This document shows, in pieces, positions 24,870 to 38,108 of a stretch of DNA of 64,000 bases. A program made the position numbers and the translations under genes. The stretch's first letter is position 1, and each line of letters begins with the position of its first letter. The stretch is from Octopus sinensis (lineage: Eukaryota). Below the pieces are notes generated by a model. It did no database searches and was not told the origin of the DNA. It saw nothing but the letters and a program-made list of their open reading frames with translations. The stretch covers positions 24,874,464-24,938,463 of the forward strand of contig NC_043011.1 of the NCBI RefSeq assembly GCF_006345805.1. The letters run 5' to 3'.

Positions 24870-25376
24870 TAACCCTTTAGCATTTAAACTGGTCATAATT
24901 GGCTCAAATAGTTTACCTATTTTATGTTCAGACTGGCTAGGTCTGGCCTCTCACACCTACCTTACAATGCCAATCAAAAAGTAAACAATCACACCAGCAA
25001 AATCTCAAAGCTATGAGACGATGCATGATTAATTCAAAATAATGCGAATAAATAAGCATCACATTTCACAGAGCAATATGAATGCTAATGGGTTAATGGT
25101 GGTGGCGCGTGGCTTAGTGGTTAAGGTGTCAGCATCATGATTGTAAGATTGTGGTTTCGATTCCTGGACCGGGCGACGCGTTGTGTTCTTGAGCAAAACA
25201 CTTCATTTCCTGTTGCCCCAGTCCACACAGCTGGCAAAAAATGAGTAATGCTGCGATGAACTGGCGTCCCATCCAGCTGGGGAACACATACACCACTGAA
25301 ACTGGGAAACTGGGCCCATGAGCCTGGCTAGGCTTTAAAAGGGCGCATATATTTTTTATTATCTAAAGGGTTAATG
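24870..25376. mobile_element. piggyBac-type MITE (24870-25096) followed by a tRNA-derived SINE (~25100-25362) with TSD
   Basis: ttaaccctttagca...tgctaatgggttaa. The SINE head has A/B boxes (tggcttagtgg, ggtttcgattcc). The TSD is ctaa(t/a)gggttaatg. Confidence 0.8.
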
Positions 25377-26012
25377 ACAATGACTATTGGTAATAAAGAT
25401 GATAGAAATAGTATTCAATACCTTTTAGATAATATTTTCCCTATGTTTGGATGTTTTCACAGAGGATCAAAAATGACTATAACACACATTTACAAGTATT
25501 GTACAGCATGAAGGCAAGGAAACGCACGTGCATGTGTGATAGGCATCTTTTAGTTTCCATCTACCAAATATACTCATAAAGATTTGGTCAAACCAGGGTT
25601 CTAGTAGGAGACACTTGCCCAAGATGCCACACCACACAGTGGGACCAAGTCTGAAACCATGAGGTTGGAAAGTAACTTCTTAATCACACAGCCATGCTTG
25701 TTGATTAAAAAGAGAAAGAATTTTTTTGACAATCCTTAAGATACTGTATTCAAGACCTTCACTGGACTGGCTCCTGTGCAGGTGGCAAATAAAAAGCACC
25801 ATTTGAGCGTGGCCACTGCCAGTACCACCTGACTGGCTCTCGTGCCGGTGGCACGTAAAAGCATCCACTACACTCTCAGGGTGGTTGGCGTTAGGAAGGG
25901 CATCCAGCTGTAGAAACTCTGCCAGATCACATTGGAGTCTGCTGCAGCCATCTCGTTTGCCAGACCTCAGTCAAATCGTCCAACCCATGCTAGCATGGAA
26001 AGCGGACATTAA

Positions 26013-26046
<34 letters not shown>

Positions 26047-26146
26047 GATACTGAATGTTTTGCATGCATTTGTGGAAGCTTTCTTTTAGCATTGAACTGG
26101 ATATTTCTTTTTTAGTTGATAGTAACAGAAACTTTACTCTACTTAC

Positions 26147-26610
26147 TTGGCTGCATCTACTTCTCGTGTAACCAGGCGATGGAATGGAGAGAGGCCACGT
26201 GTCTTATTGGTAGTTTCAGACCTGACGCCAATATGTTGTTTAACTGGCACATAGACCTGATCAAATTCTTCTTCAACACCCGGCGACGCTGATGCACTGG
26301 TAGCTCGAAGAGCCCCGCCCAGCTTCTGTACAAAACTCTGTGTGGGTAACAGCTCACATTTGCTGGTGAGGACAAGGAAGAACTCCAGTTGAAGTACAGT
26401 GTTATCTTTGCTGGAATTCTGTCCCACTGCCCCTGTACTGCTCCCAGTACTGCTGCTTCCACTACCACCCAAGGTGTCTAACTTCACAACGACGCCAACG
26501 TTGTATTCATCGTTGTTCTGTCCCCCTGTGTTGTCATTATTGCCGCCAGATGTTCGAGAATGTCGATGCAGCACCAAAGCATACTCTTTCTCTTGGACCA
26601 ATCCTAGATC
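26147..26610 (-). CDS. SZT2: SZT2 exon
   Basis: tttcag|DLGLVQEKEYALV...VLQLEFFLVLTSKCELLP...EVDAA-AA|gtaagt. Matches 'EYALVS...VLRLQFFVVLTSQRELFP'. Confidence 0.93.
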
Positions 26611-26834
26611 CTGAAAGGCACAGAAAGCAAGTACATTAATGTAACCCAATTCATATTCTTTAATCAAAGACAGAAGAAAATATCAAATCTAGATAAAAAA
26701 GAAGAGAAATTCTTTTTAAGTTTTCTAGCATTTTCACATTGATTTGTGCAGATAATGCCAAGCTGAAGAGAAAAATAACTGTTTAACTGAAAGTTTGAAG
26801 AAAAAATAAAATAAAGAACTTACATTAACATCAT

Positions 26835-26901
26835 CATAATAATAATAATGATAATAATGATGATAATAATAATAATAATAATAATGATAATAATGATGAT
26901 G

Positions 26902-26960
<59 letters not shown>

Positions 26961-27430
26961 AATGATGATAATATAATAATAATAATAATAATAATCCTTT
27001 CTACTATAGGCACAAGACCTGAAATTTGCAGGAGGGAGATGGTCAATTACATCAACCCTAGTATTCAGCAGGCACTTATTTTATCAACCTTGAAAGGATG
27101 AAAGTCAGCCTCAGCGGAATTTGAATTCAGAATGTAAAGATGGATGACAGCATGCTAATAATTCTGCCACTTCACTGCCTTAATAATAATAATGATAATA
27201 ATAATAATAACAGCAACAACAACAACAACAACAATTCTTTCTGCTATAAGCACAAAGCCTGAAATTTGGGGTGGTTGGGGCTAGTTGATTACATCAACTT
27301 CAGTGCTCGGCCCAAAAGGATGAAAAATGAAGTTTACTTTGGTGGAATTTGAACTCAGAATGTAAAGATGGAAGAAATACTGCTAAGCATTTTCTCTGGC
27401 ATGCTAACAATTCTGCCATCTCACCACCAT
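26835..27430. repeat. (AAT/GAT)n microsatellite with two tandem SINE copies
   Basis: Direct inspection. SINE body ggcacaagacctgaaattt...ggaatttgaactcagaatgtaaag occurs twice. Confidence 0.8.
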
Positions 27431-27708
27431 TTGTTTATTGTATAAGATCATACTCAATCTAACATGAAATAGAATATACTATTCTAGAAACACACAGACA
27501 CACCGTCATCTATTCAAAATGCCTAGAGAGGATATTTGTTTCAGTTTTTAATGAGGAATCAACAGCTTCTTTTAATTATTACTCAAAATGTGTTGTGGAA
27601 AAGGGCATGCTTCCAACAAGTAGCACCATCAGCAATTCAGTTTTTGACTCCCAGTCAACCAAAGCCTTGTCAGCGGATTTGGTAGACAAAAACTGAAAGA
27701 AGCCCATC

Positions 27709-27764
<56 letters not shown>

Positions 27765-27940
27765 TGTACTGGTGCTGCGTAAATGCACCCATGGTGGTGC
27801 TGTGTAAACATACCCATGTCGGTGCTGCATAAATGCCCCCATGCTAGTGCTGCATAAATGCCCCCATGCTGGTACTGCATGAATGCACCCGTGCCAGTGC
27901 TGCATAAAAACACACATGCCGGTGCTGCATAAATAGCACC
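27765..27940. repeat. 26-27-bp tandem array inside a SINE
   Basis: Repeats of (g)gtgctgcataaatgcacccatgct; reverse-orientation relative of the array at 34720-35090. Confidence 0.75.
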
Positions 27941-28388
27941 CTGCACACTCTGTTAAGTGGTTGACATTATGAAGGTCATCAAGCCATAGAAACCATGCCA
28001 AAACAGACAATTGGAGTCTGGCAAGCTCCATGTCAAACTGTCCAACCCATGCTGGCATGGAAAGCGGACAATATACAATGATGAATGTCATGTGCTGTTG
28101 ATACAAAGTAATCAGAAAATAAGCGAAGAAGAATTTTTAAAGAAGAAAAAGAGATTATTTTCATTAACTGTCATAGAATATACACTGAAAATAATAAAAT
28201 AAGTGAATATTTCAAAATTTTATGACATATTTTATTGTTACAAATGTGGAAAATATTCCTTATGAAATTAAACCCCACCTGCTCTTTCAATCACAGAATA
28301 TCAAAAAGGCTATAATCATGAAAAATACAAAATAGTGATATGTACATACATATTTATGTATGTATGTATGTATGTGTGTGTGTGTGTA

Positions 28389-28430
<42 letters not shown>

Positions 28431-29321
28431 CATAAACCCAGGAGGTATGCAAGGTGAATATATATTTATTTAAACCACATGATTTCCATAGGGTTATAGC
28501 TGTTTCACAACCTCATTCACATAGTATTAATTGTTGTTTGAAAGATATTATGCACATGTTTACATTAATAAGTATGCTTGCATTATACAATTGTATATTC
28601 AAATGAATGCAAATAAAGAATGCTAGCTCATCAGATCACTGGAACATCATGATTACACCTGAAACTCATAGATATATGTGCATGTTCTCAATTATAAAAC
28701 AAACATATATATATATATATATTACATAACAAATGTCATGGTAATTAACAGATACCTAATATAATTGTGTTTATAAGAATAAAGACTGCTAAGTAAAATA
28801 GTATTAAGATGATTGCATTAAAGCATAAAGAGAAAAAGAATAAAAAGAAACTAAAGAAACGGGAAAATAGCAGACCAAGGTAAGCTAGGAAGCATAATTT
28901 TTGTAGTAATATATTGGGGTATGAGATGAAATATGGCCAAGTAACTGAGAGATACAAAAGCATTGTTTAATGAATAAACACAGGATTGGAAGAAAGTTGA
29001 AAAACAAGAATATTAAATGGAATAAAGACTAGAATTAGTGTGGAATTATTATAGACTGTAATGCAGAAAATGGATCAAGAAGGTAGCACTAGATGAATTA
29101 TTTATTACTCAAAAAGACAGTTATTTTACTGTTAAAAAAATTAGTAAATATTATTTTTAATAATTAGAAAAGTGAGAAAATGAAAGCTATATTAAAGATG
29201 GCCTTAGCTGTGACACTGAGAATAAGTGTATTCTCTGATCTTCTGGTAGTTTTGAATTATTGGTTGAATTATCTTATTTATACAGGTTTGACAAAACCTC
29301 ACAGAAACGGGATTAGATTCT

Positions 29322-29920
29322 GGGATCTTTACTTTTGACCTACAGATTTAAAAAATAATTTTTTGTAACTAAACACTTTCAAACTTCGGACACTGGTAGA
29401 ATGTGTCATATAAAACATCTTTTACTCTTAGCATTTTTGAGAAAAACTTATATTTACGAAGATATTTCACATTAAAGTTCTTGTATTTCGGTAATTTCAA
29501 CCAATCAATGACGTGTATTCAGCTGAATAAAATTACTGCTGTCAACAACAACTATCGGCGGTGTATTTTTCGCTTGTCACTGTTATTTATGACATCATTC
29601 ATGCGTTTGTACTGATTTCCAGGTTTTAGGTTTAGGGTTGTCATAAATAACTGTGACAAACGAAAAATACACCGCTGGAAGTTTTTGTTGACAAACAACA
29701 GCAGTAATTTTATTCAGTTGAATACATGTCATTGATTGGTTGACATTACTGAAATAGAACAACTTTAACACATGAAATAACTTCGTAAATATAAGTTTTT
29801 CTCAAAAATGCTAAGAGTAAAAGATGTTTTATATGACACATTCTACCAGTGTCTGAAGTTTGAAAGTGTTTAGTTCGAAAAAATTATTTTCTAAATCTGT
29901 AAGTCGAAAGGTAAAGATCC
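29322..29920. mobile_element. Long-TIR palindromic MITE (~280-bp arms)
   Basis: Ends gggatctttac... and ...gtaaagatcc, with high-identity arms. Flanked by the direct repeat agattct. Centre contains ggttttaggtttagggtt. Confidence 0.9.
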
Positions 29921-31885
29921 AGATTCTATGAGCATCCTAACATTGTCATTTAATCCTGTAGCATTCAGATTACCCTATGAAATGTAATGCTTTTTCATTC
30001 ATATTGTTTTGAATTAAACATGCATTATTTCATGGCTTTGTGAGTTCAATGACGTGATTGTTGATTTTTAAAATGACATTGTAAGACAGGTTTAAGAGGC
30101 TAGGTCTGGATGGTTTGAACATAAAAACATAAAACAGCTAAAATATTTAGCCCAGATACAGTTGGTTTAAATGCTAACAGTTAATTTTCACATGAATTGA
30201 CATCATTTTTAGGATGGCTTTCTGTTTAACTTTCTATTTACTTAATGGCATCCTAACATTTTTAATTCAGTATCTATCACATTTTAATCAGCAAATAAAA
30301 AAAAAACACAGTCCAAGTAGTCTAGCAATGGTCAGCATTGGAGAAAATTATTCAATAAAATTTGAAGAAGACCTTTATTCAGGATGTTGGTACTTGTGTC
30401 TCCTGCATAACTAAAAAAACTAATCAGGATTTGTACATATTTTAACCAACTCACTTCTGTTATTCATCAATGTTTTATGCAACAGCCCATGCTTTCATCT
30501 GCCATACTTTAACTCATATAAACACCCAGAATTATCAGTACATTTCACATCATCATCATCATTAACCAAAAACTTTTGTCATAAAAGATAATCAACTGAT
30601 GTCTGTATCCAATTCTTTAACAGAATGTTGTTTGGTAAAATAAGATTCTTAAAATATATCTGTCCCCATGACCCTCTCAAGGATAAGTGGGCAAAGATGA
30701 GATGAGATCTTTATAATAAAGTGATTACTGAATCACTTTATTATAAAAATTATTGAAGTTCAGGTTTGGAGAGGAGTGTCACATCATCTGAAAAGAATAT
30801 ATCTTAGCACGGGAAATCCATGACATGGCATAATATAATTTGGATTTAGCTAGCCTTGTCTTTGAAATTGGGAACTACTGAAGTGAAGTGATCTAACAAA
30901 CAGAAAAAGAGAGCTAATTCTAAGGCCTTTAGAATAAAGAAAATAACAGAAAAAATAATAATAAAATGCAAAATAAAAATAATATTTTGCCAAATAATAA
31001 TAATATAGAATCCTGATGCAGAGTGAGGTGCTTACATGCATAGCTAAACATTTAGAAACTCAATCATGCACTCCTTATCACATAGAATAAAACATGCATA
31101 GATAGATCACATGTACATTTGCAGAAAATCTTTGTGTCCATTCACTCAAGTATACTAAGCTATTAATAGTAATAGTAAAACATCCAGACATAAAGAAATT
31201 TGATAAGAAGAGAATGTGTTCGACTCTCTTTCATACCAAACACCTGAAACCACATCTAGTTCTATGATATTAATACTCACATTTTAAAATATTCCTAACC
31301 AAAAGTAAAACCTCCCATTATTGACGTGTATAAGAAATATTTGTTCAGCTATGTTCCAAACACCATTTTTATATTGCTGATTCTTGATTACTTTCAACTT
31401 AATTGAAACAGACATTCAATAACACAACAGAAAAATGTTAAATGTAAAATATGATATGTATTGTTTCAAATTTTCCAAGTTTTGCTTTTGTTTTATTTTC
31501 TTTTTACAAAAATATAATCATCAATATGTAACATATTTTTTTCTCACAGTTACATTACTTTCAACGTCCAAATTGATGATAGAAAATCAATCACAGCAGA
31601 GATATTTTCATGTAGATTTATATTATATTTATTATCTTCATCAATTTTAATGAGCCACAGGTTTCTTCTCTACCTAGTGTAACAGAAACAAGATCTTTAC
31701 GTCTCAAGTTCAAAATCTGCTGGAATCAACATTTTTTTTAATGTCCCATTAGGACTAAGAAAGTAATTAAACATAAGCAATATGCTAGAGTTGGTTCATT
31801 CAATTTTAATTCACCTTTTACAAATTTCTAGTAATGCGCCAACATTAAAAATCACATTTTAAACCACAGCAGCTCTGCTTGAGTA

Positions 31886-31931
<46 letters not shown>

Positions 31932-32309
31932 GCTATACATGAATATACAAGCAGCTATGTATGAAAAAAAACTCTCACTTACACCCCCATCAAAAAAAAG
32001 CATATTTAATTGTGTTTATTGAAATTATTATAATTTTTTCCACAGATTTTTTAAACCTAAGACATCAGTTAGTTTAGACAATTCATGCATCTCAAATCTC
32101 AAAGCTTTCTTATATATTTCTTCTTATTAATTAATTGTCTTTTTTTCCACTCTATGAAACACTCTGGTGTTAAAGAAAGCCTGAGGAGAATCAAATATGT
32201 CAAGAATGTGACAAAACAAATCTTAAGATTCAGTCTTTAATGCCACCAGAATATAATAATATGGTAAAATAGCATGAAATATGTAGCTGATGAACTGCAT
32301 TAGTAAAGA

Positions 32310-32640
32310 CTACATAGAATACACGATCTATGAAGACAATAGCATAATGGATAAGTAGTCTATGAGGACTAATACTATAGAATATATAGTATAGATGCAG
32401 TATATAGTAAAAGAAACCTATGAATATTGACAGTACAGGATATATTGTATAAGTGCTCTATAAAGAACAGTAGTATAGAGTATACAGTAAACAAGATCTA
32501 TGGAAACTAATAATATAGATTAATATTGTATATGTGATCTATGAAGAATAATAATGTAGAGTAATATAGTACGAAGACCAATAGTGTATATAGTAAAAGT
32601 GGTTCTATGAAGGCCAATAGTAAAAAAGAATATAGCTGTA
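32310..32640. repeat. Degenerate ~40-bp tandem repeat
   Basis: Recurring gatctatgaaga..aatag..tagaatatatagta words. Confidence 0.6.
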
Positions 32641-33230
32641 ATGGAAAGTAAACTGTAGACAGACAGCAAAGAAAACTGAAATAAAGCTGTGAACTTAGGA
32701 ATTAAGCTTTTATAAAATAATCTGATAGGGTTGAGTTATCTCTATAGAAGAAGGTGTGTGTGTGAGTGTGTGTAGTATAGTTTTGATACTGTGTGTATGT
32801 TTGAATGTAAGAACTAGTGTAGTGGAGATGAGTGTGTGAGTGTTGCTGTAATATTGGTGTGCATGTATGTTGTTGAAGGAGATTAGAGCTTTGTACTTCT
32901 TTGAAATTAATAAATATCTCACTTGGAAAAAAATCTGTAAACATCTAGACTGCAACTTATATATAATATATATGAGACACTTGCCCAAGATGCCATGCAA
33001 TGGGACTATACCCGAGATCACATGATTGGAAAGCAAACTAGCCATTTAAACATATACATGTGTGTGTGTGTGTGTGTGGTTGAACACTCCACATACACAG
33101 GCACCCTTAATGCAGTTCTCAAGGAGATTCAGTGTGACACACCCAATGTAGCAAAGCTGGCCCAATGAAATACAGGTACAACTTATTTTTGCCAGTTGAG
33201 TGGACTGGAGCAATGTGAAATAAAGTGTCT

Positions 33231-33281
<51 letters not shown>

Positions 33282-34719
33282 AGTGTATAAAATATTTTTA
33301 TACACAGAGAGGAGACCTTTGACAGGACTCCTTACATGTTAGAAAGGGCAGTCAAAACCCAAACCACGAAAAAAGAATTCATGAGGCATGGTGTTATAAC
33401 ACTAGACTGAACAAAAGATGAATTAGTTAACCCCAAACTTGAGTTTCACTATTAATTGCCAAATATACTAATTTGGAATCTGTAGATCATCAGCAGAATC
33501 ACTAATTTATGAATAATTATGTAGTTGCAAATACATACTGAAAACACGTGTGCAAGACAGCTACATCTTTATCCATTATGGATTTGAACTTAGTGCACGA
33601 GCGTAAACATATAGTCCAACAGTAAATAAACAAATTTAAAACTGTGTCCCATATAGCCTCAGAATTATAAATATTATTATCGTAAATATGAGGGTAATAA
33701 AACTTTTATTTATGTATGCTAACTACTGGTAATTAATCATTTTATTACCCATATATTTACGATATATATATATACACATATACATATATAAATCATCATC
33801 ATCATCATCATCATCGTTTAACGTCCACTTTCCATGCTAGCGTGGGTTGGACGGTTTGACTGGGGTCTGGGAAGCCAGGAGGCTGCACCAGGCCCAGTCT
33901 GATCTGACAGTGTTTCTACAGTTGGATGCCCTTCCTAACGCCAACCACTCCATGAGTGTAGTAGGAGCTTTTTACATGCCACCGGCACAGGTGCCAGGCG
34001 GGGCTGGCAACAGCCATGATCGGTTGGTGCTTTTTACGTGCCACCGGCATAGAGGCCAGTCGGGGCGGCGCTGGCAACGGCTACATTCAGATGATATATA
34101 TACATATATACTGTGATGCTAAAACCCGTTCCTTGGATAGATTTTTGCATTCAGCTATTAATATAGGTAAGAAGCTTCTGGAATTTGTGGCATATATCAT
34201 ATATAGTGAATGGTAACATATCAAAATATAACAGGAGCCAATGTGTCATGATAAGTGTGAGCCAGTGTAAAGCAAGAATCAATGTGTCACAATAAAGTGT
34301 AATATATCATAACGTAGCTCAAGCCATAGTCAGTAGTGGCAGCAGTATTGTCAGCATCTAATATCGGCTTTCATCCTGGCATAGTTGGATGATTTAGCTG
34401 CATCTTGATGAGTCACTGAAGGGGCCCCTATAAGTGAGGCAGACCAGAAGAGAGAGTGCATGATAATTTTTAGGTCGGGAGTGATGAGAGAGAGTAAGTA
34501 AAATGAAAAGAAGAATTATAGTTGCAATTGGGTGATAGTGGGGAGAGTAATAGAGTAGTAGATCATCATCATTTGATGTCCATTTTCCATGCTGGCATGG
34601 GTTGGATGGTTTGACAGGACTTGGCAAGCCAGAAAGTTGCCGAAGTTCCATAGTCTGCTTTGGTATAGTGTTTATGGCTGGATGCCCTTCTTAACACCAA
34701 CCACTTTACAAGTGCCTGT

Positions 34720-35090
34720 TATGTGGCACCATCTCAAGTGCTTTTTACATGGAACCAGCATGGGTTTTTATGTGGCACAAGCAAGGATACTTTTTATGTA
34801 ACACCAGCATGGGTGCTTCTTGTGGCACCAGCATGGACGCTTCTTATGTGGAACCAGCATGGGTGCTTCTTATGTGGCACCAGCATGGGTGCTTCTTATG
34901 TGGCACCAGCATGGGTGCTTCTTATGTGGCACCAGTATGGGTGCTTCTTATGTGATACCAGCATGGGTGTTTTTTATGTGATACCAGCATGGGTGTTTTT
35001 TATGTGACACCAGTACGGGTGTTTCTTATGTGACACCAGCATGGGTGCTTCTTATGTGGCACCAACACAGGTGCTTTTCAGGTGGGACCA
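34720..35090. repeat. 26-27-bp tandem array (~13 copies) inside a SINE
   Basis: Unit gtggcaccagcatgggtgcttcttat. Confidence 0.9.
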
Positions 35091-35919
35091 GCACTAATTG
35101 GCAGCAGGAGGTAGTATGGCAGGGAACAAGGGACAGAGAAGGGATAGTGGGGAAAACATCATCATGTCATAATACAGTATATGTCACAGTACAATATGTG
35201 ACACAATAACAGTTTGTGTCAGTGTGTCATCCACCACAAGGTCCAGTTCTTGTTGGAGTGTGGTGGTTTGTATGCCTTAATGACCCTGAGAGCTATGCCA
35301 ACAGAACACAAGCTCCTGGTAGGGCTACCCATGCTGGACAGGTCAAAGGAGAGAGATCAAAATAATACAGACCACTTTTTTCCAGAATTAAAACTGGGTT
35401 TGCATAGGGCAACAAGAAAAACAAAGTTACAGAAGCATTGATAACAATGCAAAACCAACAAGACCCAGGAGAAGATGGATAGGCCTTCTGTCAGAGAAAC
35501 ACATGACATGGTATAGAAACCAAGATCCTGCATTACACGTCAGGCCAAAAGGTAGGTGGAAAAGAGGATGCCCTAAAAATAGCTGGAGGCAGGATTGAGG
35601 TAGAACTGAAAAAGCAGGGACACAACTGGAAAGAAACAGAAAAAAACAGCCCAGAGTTGAGAATAGTGGAGAAAGGCCTATGTTCCATAAAGAGTGAAAG
35701 GCTTAATCTTAACCAATACAAGAGGGTCAATAAGCTGAGATACATATATAACGTGTGTTTTGTTATATAGAAATGGTTGGTGTATTATGACATTGTGTGT
35801 ATATGTGTCTATGTATGTCAGAAAATGATACTGTGTGTGTGTGTGTGTGTGTGCATGTATGTGTGTATGTTTATGTGTGTACGTGTGTGTGTCTCAGGGA
35901 GTGGGGAAGGGACTCTTAC

Positions 35920-35949
35920 CTTTTTCCAATTCCAGTAATCAAACCGTAG
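35920..35949 (-). CDS. SZT2: Candidate 30-nt frame-preserving SZT2 microexon (LRFDYWNWKK)
   Basis: ttgtttgtttcag|CTACGG...AAAAAG|gtaaga. Phase 0-0, matching the flanking exons. No homology recognised. Confidence 0.5.
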
Positions 35950-36952
35950 CTGAAACAAACAAAACATCAACAAAACTAAGTCAATACAATGCAATATAGT
36001 ATAATATAGTTTACACTGACACTGAACGAAGGCCAATCCATTTGCACCAGTGTCAGGATCTGGAGCCTGTACACAGATTATCAAAAAAAAAAAAAATTGT
36101 CACCAAATGTATATGCGTGTGAGGCACTAAGAAGGAACTTACAAAGGTTCCTTAGAAGACACATTTGTTATACAAGACAAATGAAAAGCAAAAAGAAGAC
36201 ACAAGTGACCAGGGAACCCAAACTGTCTCTGTAAAACAGTGACATTTAAACAAATGAGGCAGAAAAAGAAAAAAAAAATCATTTCTTAGGTGTGTTGTGT
36301 TGCTTAAAAATTTGCAACAAGCTTAATTCAGATGAATTCAATTTCCAAGAAACAACACTATGGATGGTGCAAATGAAGAATGAATGTTAATATAGAGGCT
36401 GGTACTGATAATAGTGTTAGCTAAGAGAGACGCTTACATGAAGTTCATCTAATTCTCGTACATGAACAGGCCAACTCTGACAAATGATAACAGGTTTTGG
36501 TAGACAGTGCAAACTAATGCACAAGAAAATAATAAAACCTTTGATAATTTAGATTGAGGAAGATATATTCAAAAGAGAAAAAAAAATAAAAAACCCGAAA
36601 AGGAAAGATTTCAGCCATCTGTTGTTTATGGAATATCAATCACTTCAAGGTACTTGTACTGTGAAGTATCACATTAATATGTAGTTTACACAAATTCACT
36701 CTGTATTCAAATGCTTCAGGTTTGATTTCAGTTATAAAATATGAAATTCAGAAAACAATTCTTTCACAATTGAAAAGAAAAAGTTTGAATTATATTTTAG
36801 TTTGTCAAAGCATCATACAATTATCAACATCACCATCCAAGTCTGTAAGAAAACCTCTTATAAGGCTGCTAGATCTGATAAAATAGCATTGGAAATTTCC
36901 CTTAAACTTTACCCAACTTTTCTAAATAAAAGGACGCATCATACTATGTGCA

Positions 36953-36987
<35 letters not shown>

Positions 36988-37063
36988 TCGCCATGTTGAT
37001 TCGTTAGTTACTGCACGCATTTTTTTTCTCTCCTTCTTTCTGTGTTTTTTTTCTCTCTGTGTA

Positions 37064-37101
37064 TCTTTCTGTTGAAGAGCGTAGGCTCGAAACGTTAAAG
37101 A
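37064..37101 (+). ncRNA. Minimal hammerhead-like motif (core variant CUGUUGA) in a short (TA)n-flanked repeat (36985-37190)
   Basis: tcttt-CTGTTGA-a-gagc-gtag-gctc-GAAA-cg-TT-aaaga. Stems I and II are perfect; A6 is substituted. Confidence 0.6.
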
Positions 37102-37208
37102 CTTGTTTTATTTATATTTCCTGAGCGCCATACTAATACAATTGTTTGTTTGTTTCCCACCTGCCTTCGTCTTTCATAAAGCTTCCCGTTATATATATAT
37201 ATATATTA

Positions 37209-37242
<34 letters not shown>

Positions 37243-37249
37243 AGAACAT

Positions 37250-37812
37250 AGATGACAAAGGAAGAAAATTAGCTATCTTATGAACTTTATTAGCTTGCTA
37301 CTGTTTCCATTATTCATAGTTCAGTAAAAAAAGTAAGGTAAAGTTTGCTTCTTGAGTCAAGCTGACTCATAAAGGCTGGTTTCCCAGTTTCCATGACATA
37401 TCTATTCCCCACCTGGAAGGGACGCTGGCCATTGCAGGATTACTCATTTTTGCCAGTTGAGTGGGCTGGAGTAACATGAAATGAAGTGTTTTGCTCAAGA
37501 ACACTATGCATCACCCGGTCCAGGAATCAAACCACAATCTTACAATCATGAGTCCAACACCTTAACTACTAGGCCACATGCCTCCACTTCATAGTTGAGT
37601 GCCTGAGTAACACCTTACAGTTACATCAGAGCCTCAAACATGAAGTATCCCTCCTCTTTGTACACACTGCCCATTGCTGCTACTTCATGTTTGATGCTCT
37701 GACGATGCTATATGGTGTTACTTAGGCACTTAATGAGTCCACCACATATTATAGTAGAAACAGCAGCATGCTAATAAAGCTCATAAGATAATCATTTTAT
37801 TCCTTTGTCATC
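37250..37812. mobile_element. Fold-back element with HHR-like arms, left arm interrupted by a SINE (~37330-37590)
   Basis: gatgacaaagga...ttatgaactttattagc pairs with gctaataaagctcataa...tcctttgtcatc. The right arm has atgct-CTGACGA-tgctata...tatagta-GAAA-cagc-agcat (37693-37770). Confidence 0.7.
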
Positions 37813-37899
37813 TCTGTTTTTTATTACCACCCTGTACTCGACCAATGCTTCACTCAGAGGCATATGTATATAGAGGTGAAGAGTTAAACTTGTCTTTGT

Positions 37900-37962
37900 A
37901 TAGTCTGATGAGCTGTCCACAAAGCTGTGGCTTTCATGATGTGAAACCACTGGTCACTCTAT
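37900..37962 (+). ncRNA. Hammerhead ribozyme motif, intact core
   Basis: tagt-CTGATGA-gc...(ccaca/tgtgg)...gt-GAAA-ccactgg-TC-act. Confidence 0.65.
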
Positions 37963-38108
37963 GACCAGACTTTAACATTAGTGATTTAACACACACACAT
38001 GATCAATTAATTAAATAAAAGACAAGGTTATACATGAATGAACAATAAACGTGTGATGAAATGTATCAAGAGAATAAGAAACAAAGATGGAAATATTGAA
38101 TTTCTTAC

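Noticed and set aside
25100-25175. tRNA-like sequence
   Set aside because: It is the head of a SINE with a TSD and a downstream body, not a tRNA gene.
31036-31043. Possible 8-nt microexon (tag|CTATGCAT|gtaagc), and a similar 11-nt one near 36440
   Set aside because: Not frame-preserving alone, with no supporting evidence.
32284-32315. gtag-CTGATGA-act...agt-aaag-a-ctac hammerhead-like string
   Set aside because: Lacks GAAA, stem III and the UH site; could be chance.
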